A stretch of 63,450 nucleotides of DNA, the filler included. It is 13 parts of 13 records of this genome, joined end to end, with 100 filler letters (N's around TTAATTAATTAA, not from the genome) between each part and the next. Parts side by side here need not be neighbours in the genome. Positions count along the whole stretch, not along the records: positions 55,016 to 59,911 come from SRR7504441_56859; positions 60,012 to 63,450 come from SRR7504441_56894; 11 more parts are not named here. One strand, 5' to 3'. Both the position numbers and the translations under genes were made by a program. Shown here in pieces: positions 55,088-63,450 of this stretch (positions within the stretch are counted from its first letter, which is position 1; every line of letters starts with the position of its first letter). Under the pieces are notes generated by a model. It was not told the origin of the DNA. It worked only from the letters and a program-made list of their open reading frames with translations, and ran no database searches.

Positions 55088-57690
55088 TTATTTCTGTACT
55101 TGATTCTGACATTGAAGATGAATCGACCAGAGATACCGATTGAGCCTGGCGGCAAGAATCGCGATCGAAAGCAGAGCGCCCATACAGATAATATGAATGT
55201 CCACAAACATGCCAAAGATGTCCACCCCGACAGCGCGCCGGAGCCAGCCTGTCCAGTCGTGTAGCTTAACCGTGGCATTGCACAGCGCGTGAGGCAGCTC
55301 GACGGCGAGCAGCCTGGTGGCCTCGCGTCGCAGGGCCCGGTGCCACGGCTGAGACGAATCCTCAGGCAGCTTGGGCCGCCAGCAGAGCTTGCCTTGCTTC
55401 TTCTTTGCGACGATCCTAACCTGCGGCCGATGGTGGGGTGATGTGCGCCCAGTGTACCTGCTGCAAGATTTTCTTGAGCTGGCCGTCCGCCTTCACTTCA
55501 GGGATATACTGCCCTGCATGCCGCCGCTGCCAGTACGGGCCGTTGCCCCAGGCAGACGGCACTATCTCCACGCCAGGAGTCCGCCTGCCCGCCGTGAGCC
55601 ACGCACGAGCCACAGTGCCCAGCCCCAGATGGCTCTTATTACAAGTACTAGTACGGAGAGTAGTATCAAAATAAGTGCTAGCACTAGTGTCAAGCCACCT
55701 GGCCCAGCTCGTGTTGGCCCTGGTGAAATCGTAATGCCACAGCGAGGCTCGCACCACGGCGGGCGGCTTGTCCCGGAACTGGTACTTGTCGGTGTCCAGC
55801 AAGTCAATCACCTCAGGCACGCCTGCCGACCAGATCTGGCAGAGCAATGGCCACGCCACCGTCCATGATCTTGTCCACAAGATTGAGCAGCCACGGGTTC
55901 GAGTTGTAGCTCCCAAGCGCCGCGAACCACATCTGTCCGCACCGCAGTGAGTGGAGAAGCCGTTACATGCCGTTGGACCTGCCAGTCCAGCCGAGGCTGG
56001 TGGGGTGCTGTCCGGCGAGGCGCGACTGTCGGGTCACCCGGCTTGTAACGGAACTCGATCTCGTGCCTAGCTGTGCTCAGATAGCCCCGGGCAGGCCCCC
56101 ACCAGGTGCGGGCGTCGTGTGAGGCTTCGATCACCACCACGGGCGTCTGCACGATCGCAGGCGGCAGCCCTGCCCATCGGTCTCGCCCAATGCAGCTATC
56201 GCTCAAACCTCCCCAGCCGTACTTATCTAAGCTGCCTCGCGGGGACGGCCCGACACCTGCCCCAGCCGGAGCTCGCCCGGGCCAGAGCTCGCACAGGACC
56301 CGTCATCGACCGGAATAAGCCGTAGCTGGCCGCAAGGTGCCAGTGGGCACTCGCATGGTACTCGCGAGTCGCCCAACCCATCACCAGCCCGTCGGGCGCT
56401 CTGTTGAGAAGCGAGTGCTCGAACGGGACGGCGCTGACTAGAATCCACCAGAGGGCCGCGGCGCTGGTTACAGCGGCCCACACAGCGTGCAAGCCTCGTT
56501 TGCTCTGCACGAACCAAAACGTCTCGAGTACGAACCAACAGAGATAGATGGGCAGCACCACATCAAACGCCTGCGGGCGGTCACAGCATGGATCGGCTGG
56601 CGGGGCGCCTGTCTGGTCCAGTGCAGCGCGTGCTGCTCCGTGTACTGCATGCTCACCAGCACGGCCTTGGGGTCCTGCCCATTAATCGTCACGGCACGGC
56701 AGGCCAGGCCACCGTGAACCAGCTAAGAGGGTCGAGCAAGTCGAGTCGAACCGTGAACATGTGCGCCCACACCCAGCCGGCCGCGGCCAGCCACAGTGCG
56801 GCGTGCACTGGGCGGGTGGCCTGGGGCTGGTCGCCCCAGACTGGAATCATCAGCGCTGCGTAGTGGAGGTTGAACCAATTGTAGTTTCCAGAGAGCATTA
56901 TCACCGCCATCAGCGCCAGCTGCAGCAGGACGGCCATCCGTCGGGGGGTGGCCAGCGGGAGCAGGAACAGGAAGACCACGGGGATCTCGCTGAAGAAGGT
57001 GATAGCCGTAGATAACCTGTGATAGCGGGTCTCAGCTGCAGGGTCGAGGGGAGGCAGCCGCCTGAGCATCCAGGGCGGCATGTTGTGGAAGTACCAAGCC
57101 TCGTAGGTGGGCAGGCAGGTGGTGGCAAAATGGTACTCCATTGCAGTCAGCTGGGTCCAGCTGCTGTCTCTCGCAGTCAGCTTGACCACTCCGGAGCTCA
57201 GCATGAACTTGAATGCGAGCCACCGGAGCGCCATCGCCACCGGCGGGTTGGCGCCCTTGGCCCCAGCCCCGGCCCCGGCATACCATATCGAAATGAACCC
57301 GGTCTCCAGGATGAAAATGTCCCACTGGAAGTGTAAGAAGGTCTCGCCGGCGGTCATCAGCGACAGGTAGAGCAGCCACATTCCAGCGAAGACCGTCACA
57401 TGCAACAGCCCCGCCACGGCCAGCAGGGCCAGCCCCGCACCGGCCAGCGCCGAGAGTTCCATGATCGCGTCCACGTGCATCCCTAGCGGGGCGGCGAAGA
57501 CGGCCAGGCAGGGCTGCCCGGTGTACTGCGCGAACGCGGCGGGTAGCGAGCTGGCTGGGACGAACTTGTTGCTGACCGGCATCAGCCCGCGCCAGCCGTA
57601 CAGCCCGGGGTACTGCAGGTAGTACGAGCTGAACGCCATCAGGTAGATCGCCCCCAGGCAGCGCAGGTACAGCTCCCGGCCACCGGCCAT
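55088..57690 (-). CDS. Lipase maturation factor (LMF1/LMF2-like), multi-exon
   Basis: YLRCLGAIYLMAF, FLHFQWDIFILETGF, RWLAFKFMLSSGVVKL, YHFATTCLP, SGNYNWFN, SYGLFR, FRYKPG, PHQPRLDWQMWFAALG. Confidence 0.93.
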
Positions 57691-57745
57691 GTTGCGTGCC
57701 CCAACGGCAAAAACTCTGCGCCTTGTGTTGAGGCGCAAAGGCGGC
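57691..57745. promoter_or_regulatory. Putative bidirectional promoter, 55 bp between the LMF and PEX11 start codons
   Basis: Divergent ATGs at 57690 and 57746; the arrangement recurs across the window. Confidence 0.5.
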
Positions 57746-59531
57746 ATGAGCTCCGAGAACTGGGCCGAGGTGTGCGCCGCCGCCTCACAGGCCGCACCGG
57801 CCGGGGCGACCGCCTCCTCCGGTGTGTCGGGCCTCTCCTCGTTCTCGCCGCCGGAGAGCTTGATGGGCCGGCGGGTAAAGAGCTGCGAGCCGCTTGAGCC
57901 GCCGCCCCAGCGACGGCTGGAGCGGCACCGGTTCCGGCGGCACTCGCTGTACATCCCCCGGGTGCCGTCGGTGGCCTCGCTCACCGTGCTGCTCGAATCC
58001 TTCACCCGGCGGGCCCGGCGGACCTCTTCTCAGGACCTGTTCTCTGGGCTGCTCGGCATCTCCAAGATGCCCTCGATCGGGGACCTGCTGCCCTCCCCCA
58101 CCAAGGACCCGGCCCCCAGCGGCCCGCGCTGGTTCAGGCGCCCCGCCTCCAGCGGCCAGGGCTGACCGGCCGCAGCCCGCAGTATTGGCTCACTTCGATC
58201 ATCCTCCTCACCTCCAGCTCGGCTGGCCGGGACAAGGCGCCTCGCCCTGACCCTGCTGCGCGAGCCCGGCCGCAGGTGACTGGATTCTTCCAGTACGCCA
58301 CCCAGTTGGCCGCGCTGCTCCTGGCCAAGCGATCGTGCCCCGCTCTCGGCGCGCTTCGCTGAGCCGGCAATGCAGGGTAGAAGATCCAAAGACCCGGTTC
58401 CGACTGGTCGTCTGCGCGGGTTTTGCAGCCAACCTCAGGCGACCGGCTCGCTGCCCACGGCCCTCAGCGGTCGGCCGCAGCAACTGCCGGAAAGTGCTCC
58501 GATTCGGGAGGTCGCTCGATGAATTCGAAAAAATCAAATTCCTCGTGTGGTTAGCAGCACCGTCGCGGCCTAGGCCCGACCGGGGGCGGCAGGCGGATGG
58601 CCGGGGATCCAGTGATGCGCGGGGCGTCGGCGGTGGCACACTGGTTCTCGCTTCTGTATTATTTATTTGACAATTATGTGTTTACTCTCAAGGCATGTGG
58701 ACTGGCCCGGCGTTGCTGACCCGATCACAGGTGCAGCTCCAATCGGTGAAGAATATCAGCCGGGCCACTAAGTACGACCCGCACAGCGATGCCAAGCTAG
58801 CTGAGCTCACCGCCTCCACCAAGATGGTCGGAGTGTACAATCAAGCCAAGGCATTGTGCCAGGCCCAGCCGGTTCTCAGCAGGGCCCAGGAGCTCCCCGG
58901 GCGTCTGCATCACTGGACTCAAGTGCGGAACAGCTGCTCACTGGCTCGGCTTGTGATCGCGCTGGCGGTCGAGAGCTGCCGGCTCTATGAGGTCTATCGT
59001 CCAGGAGTCGGAGTGACTGTTTTGGGTGCAGTTAGGTATCGAGCTGCAGCGGGCGAGCGAGCTCGAGCAGAGCATCGAAGGGCTGCTGGGCAAGCTGCGG
59101 GTGTCGGTCCTCAAGCTAGTCCAGGCCCCACCGCTGCTCGCGCCGGTGTGAGCCGACTTGGCAGGACGGCGCCAGTTTCATGAAGCTCTGCTCAGCGTTC
59201 CGAGGGGTCTGGTGGCTGCCATTTGTCGATGACATCGAGTCGGCCGTGTTCGGGATGGTGAGAGTCCAGCCCGAGCTGGGGCTGAGCCGGGCCCCGGCAG
59301 ATCAACTGTGCGCTGGGGGTTTACAGGAACTGGCCGGAGGCCTCGGTCGTCTCGAAGCAGCGAAGCTTTTGGAGTGGCACCAAGAAGAAGGCAGCTGACG
59401 CAGCTGAGCATGATGTCGGTGAGGTGGAAATGGAGGAGCCGAATGGAGCGACGCAGCCAGGCTTGGCCCCAAGCCCGGAGCCTAAGGTGACGTACGTGAG
59501 CGACCCGAACTCTGTAACGACCGAACATTAA
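57746..59531 (+). CDS. PEX11: Peroxisomal biogenesis factor 11-like protein, about 10 tiny introns; not visible in the ORF track
   Basis: Spliced: SAGRDKVTGFFQY, NLSNCRKVLRFGR, LYYLFDNYVFTLK, AVFGMINCALGVYRNW. Confidence 0.75.
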
Positions 59532-60177
59532 TTCTAAAGTACCGGTACGCATACTCCCGATCACTCATTGATCGATTGACCCAAATATCAAGCCAAACTG
59601 GCGAGCGACCTGTAGACATCATGCTGCAAAGCCAGCTTGATAAATTTGCCGGTATCTCTATGGATAGAGGATAGCATTGCATTATTGTTGATCCGATCAA
59701 GTACTAGCCTATGCAAATGATACGTATGGCCTATGGTTTTCCTAAGATTGAATAAAGTTAACTGATTCTTGGCTGCTTGACGGTCAATGCCTCATTGGTA
59801 CCTCATTGCATGTATCAAGGCACCCTAAGCCCATCAACCTTTTGAGAAATTGAGCTCCCCGAGCCGTGCCCCACGTGCCCCAGCTGGCCTTCATTGCCCC
59901 GCCCGAAGGTGNNNNNNNNNNNNNNNNNNNNNNNNNNNNNNNNNNNNNNNNNNNNTTAATTAATTAANNNNNNNNNNNNNNNNNNNNNNNNNNNNNNNNN
60001 NNNNNNNNNNNCCGGGGGGGGGGGGTAGAGATTTTTTTTCTGAGGAGCAGCCCGGCTCGGGCGACGAAGAGGAGGAGGCCGGTGTCGCACTTCCTAGCGG
60101 ATTGACTCGAAAACCACCCGCAATAAACTTAAGATAAACCTTGTCGAGCTCTGAAGAGCAACCCGACTCCCGAAGCA

Positions 60178-63100
60178 ATGTCGAGAGTGCGGGCGTGGCT
60201 CGTGTGCAGCTTTGCGCTGCAGTTGGCGTCGGGGGCGGCTCGCTTGGTGCGCCCGGACCAGCTGCCGCTCCGGACCCGCTCGCGCTGGATCGTCGACTCG
60301 GCCGGCTCACGCGTCAAACTGAGCTGCGTCAACTGGTCGGGCGGGGCCCAGAAAGACGGCGTCCCAGGAGGGCTGCAACACCAGCCGGCGGGTGCGATCG
60401 CCCAGCGGTTCGCCCGGATGGGCTTCAACTGCGTCCGGTTGCCCTGGAGCGTGGCCACGGTGCTGGCGCCGCATCGAGTGGCCAACCAGAGCCTCTTAGC
60501 GGCCAATCCCGGGCTGCTCGGGAAGAGCACGGCGGCGGTGCTTGACGCGGTGGTGACGGCATGCGCCGCGGCCCGGCTGATGGTGGTGCTCGACTGCCAC
60601 ATGTCAGACCCAGACTGGTGCTGCTCGGAGGAGGATTCGAACGGTCTGTGGTACAACGATCACTGGAGCGAAGCCTCCTGGATCCGAGCCCACACCGCCT
60701 TGGCTGAACGGTACAACGACCAGCCTTACGTGGTGGCCGGCGAACTGAGGAACGAGCTGCGCCAAAGCACAGTCGGCGGGCGTAAGCTGGCACCGAGCTG
60801 GGGCGACGGGCACAACGCGACTGACTGGAAGGCTGCTGCTGAGAGGGCGGCGGCGGCTATACTGAAGGTGCGGCCTGAGGGCTATTTGATAGTTGTGGAC
60901 GGGCTGGCGTACTCCACGGACTTCCGGAAGGCGTTTGCGGAGCCGATCAGGCTGAGCGTGCCCGATCGGCTTGTGTACTCTGCTCACGATTACAGCTGGT
61001 CGCAGCCGGCTGGGACCGGAGCACAGCTGGATGCGCGGCTGGGCGATTACTGGGGCTTCCTGGTGAGCCAACGGCACAGCTTCACCGCCCCGGTCTGGGT
61101 TTCGGAGTTTGGCACGTGGCACGACGGTCGGGACCTCGCCAACGGTTGGTGGCCCGAGTTAATGGACTATTTAGAGCAGGCCGATTTCGACTGGGCGTAC
61201 TGGCGGGGGGACGGGACAGAGTCGCGAGGCACCGGCCGGAGCTTTGGGGCCCCGGCTGGGTTCGGGGTGCTGAATGCCAGCTGGGATGGCCCGGCCGCCG
61301 ACGGGGAGTTGCTGCGGCAGCTGCAGCGGATTCAGAAAGCGACGCAAGGCCCCGGAATCGACAGGCCGTCAGTGCCGTTTTCAGCGGCTCATAAAGCCTC
61401 TCGGCCAGATGTGACTGTGTTGGTGGGGGATTTGCTCCCGGAGAGCGAGTCTGTGGCGCCTAATTTCGTAGGGCTGTCGATCGAGGTCGGGTCGGTCTTG
61501 CGAATGATTGGGATGGATGGCACAAACCGCCCGTTGGCCGCCCTCATCGGGCACCTTTACCAGCTCACGGCCGGGCCCCACCCCGGGGCGACCCTCCGGC
61601 TGGGTGGAAACTCTGCCGACGACTCAGCCTATCTGAACAGCTCCGGTCCCCTTCCGCCCGGGATCAAGTACAGCATAGGCGAGCGTGATCTCAAAGCGTA
61701 TGTTCGGTTCGCGAGCGATACAGCGCGGGCCGCCAACGTTTCGTTCGTCATCGACACCAATTTTGGGACATCGTCGGATCCTCGAAAGTTTGCGCTGAGG
61801 CACGTGGAGGCTGTGACCAAAATGGCGGGCCTGATGCAGCATGTGAGCGGCGTGGAGGTGGGCAATGAGATGGACCTCTATCACGAGCATAGTATAATAT
61901 AGTGTAGTATAGTATAGTATAGTGACAGGCGGGTAGGTGGGCAATGAGATGGACCTCTACCACGAGCAGAAACCTGGCGGGCCGCTCCACCGCAACGCGA
62001 GCTACACTGAGGCGGAGTACGAGGCCGAATTCGGCGCCTTCGTCGAGGCGTTTGAGCGCGAGGGCGGGCTGCCTCGCGGGATGATACAGGGCTGCGTTTA
62101 TGCCACCGACCGCGGAGACTGGGGCTCACGGTTTGGCGAGCTAGTTGAGCGCTGGTCGGGCCACATGTCGGCTGTGAGCTTGCATCGGTACGCGACGACC
62201 ACCTGCGGCGGGAAGGTGAGCACTGCCGCCGAGCTGCTCTCAGACGCCAAATCCAGTGGCACAGTCGACGCATACCGCAGGCACATCCGGGCTGCGATCG
62301 ACGCCGGGGTGCCGTTTGTTATTGGCGAGGGCAACACGGCTAGTTGTGGCGGGCAGGCCGGGGTGAGTGACACCATGGCGGCAGCGATTTGGTCGCTGGA
62401 TTTCTTACCGACGCTCTCAAAGGCGGGATGCCGCAGAATGAACTTCCACGGTGGCCCGGGCGGGGCGTACCCTCCCATTTCTTTTCTGGAGAATGGCACG
62501 CTGCAGACTCGGCCGTTGTATTATGGCCTCTTTATGTTCTCGGAATTGGTGGCCAACCATTCACGATGGCTGCAGACAAATGTTTCAGGCAAAGGGCTGC
62601 CGCCCTCGCCCTCACCGTCAGCTGATTCCCTGTGCAAAGAGGGGATTCTAGGCGCGGGTGCGTGCTGCGAAAAGCAATGCGGTTCTTGTGGCGGCCCGAG
62701 CTGCGGACACAAGCCAGGCGGGTCGAAGGGCTGCTGTGAGGGCGCTATCTTGGCTGCGAACGCCTCGTGCGACGAGCATTTGGCACCATGTGTTGTCAGC
62801 CGATCTGCAGCCACCAGTTCTATTGTAGCGCACGCTACGAGCACGCGTACTGGCATGAAAGTGCTGGTAGCACGCAAGACAGCCGGAGAAGACATGGTGG
62901 TAGAGGTCTGTGGCAAGTTTTCACAGGCTCAGAAAGCTGGCAGACAAAGCGCGATCAAGGCCGAGCTGCTGAGGCTGTCCGGGTCTGAGGGTCTCGAGAC
63001 CACGGCGACTAACGGCAAGATCGAGCTCGCTGGCCAGTCGCTGGCCGGCAGCACCGACGGCGAATGGAAAGGCACAAGAGCGCCAGAGATTGTCACTTCA

Positions 63101-63184
63101 AGACCAGGCGGGCGTGAATGGCAGCTCTGCTTTGATGTTAGTATTGGAAGCTACTCTGCAGTGTTGTTGGTCATGGGCCGGTGA
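60178..63184 (+). CDS. Secreted GH5-GH79 double glycosidase with Cys-rich insert; one intron (61858-61936)
   Basis: GH5: GFNCVRLPWS, LDCH, ELRNELR, VWVSEFG. GH79: GLSIE, LRLGGNSAD, EVGNE, SLHRY, IGEGNTASCGGQAGVSDT, NFHGG, RPLYYG. Confidence 0.9.
61856..61968 (+). repeat. 34-bp direct repeat (1 mismatch) flanking TAGTA-rich filler
   Basis: AGGTGGGCAATGAGATGGACCTCTA(T/C)CACGAGCA at 61856-61889 and 61935-61968. Confidence 0.95.
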
Positions 63185-63450
63185 TGCAGCCCAGACAGCC
63201 CAGAGGCGTGGTCTGACTCAACCCGGCAAGCTCGCTGAATGAGGTGCCGTGTCTCAGTCAACTGTTCAATACAAGGACCTTAGGTGATACCGTGATAGAC
63301 CTATACTGGTACAATCATGTACATGATTGTACATGATTGTACGCATACGGGCAATAATGCACCCGTGAGCACTCAGTGAGTACTACAGTGAGTCGCGGCT
63401 CCCGGCACGCCCCATCCTGATCGCTCCGCCCCCGCTTGCTGCGACTGGAG

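Overview
This is not contiguous DNA. It is 13 short contigs (about 3.3-8 kb) joined by 12 artificial 100-nt spacers (44 N + TTAATTAATTAA + 44 N), so genes on either side of a spacer are not known to be neighbours. The DNA comes from a compact, GC-rich eukaryotic genome, most likely a heterotrophic protist; the lineage cannot be assigned from this window. The standard genetic code fits once introns are removed. About 38 genes or gene fragments are present. Many are split by tiny introns (mostly about 30-45 nt), often with GC donors, so the ORF track fragments them; gene models here are my manual splice reconstructions. Recognisable products include TRIR-like, LRR, MFS/GPH transporter, purple acid phosphatase, two DHHC palmitoyltransferases, LCAT-like acyltransferase, SLC26/STAS, TTL, AlkB, Hsp10, HspQ/YccV-like, calmodulin-like, anoctamin, HMG-CoA synthase, two GH31, GH32-like, bestrophin, cyclophilin, carboxylesterase, 2OG-Fe(II) oxygenase, LMF, PEX11 and GH5-GH79. 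Best leads: (1) a box H/ACA snoRNA filling one unusually long intron, with guide pockets matching conserved 18S rRNA sites; (2) an apparently new intron made by a 34-bp duplication over the GH79 catalytic motif; (3) a splicing style with frequent GC-AG introns, no polypyrimidine tract and often complementary ends; (4) unusual fusions (isochorismatase-glutamine synthetase; MFS-two tetraspanin-like-UVR; LCAT-4TM; GH5-GH79); (5) head-to-head gene pairs with very short shared promoters.
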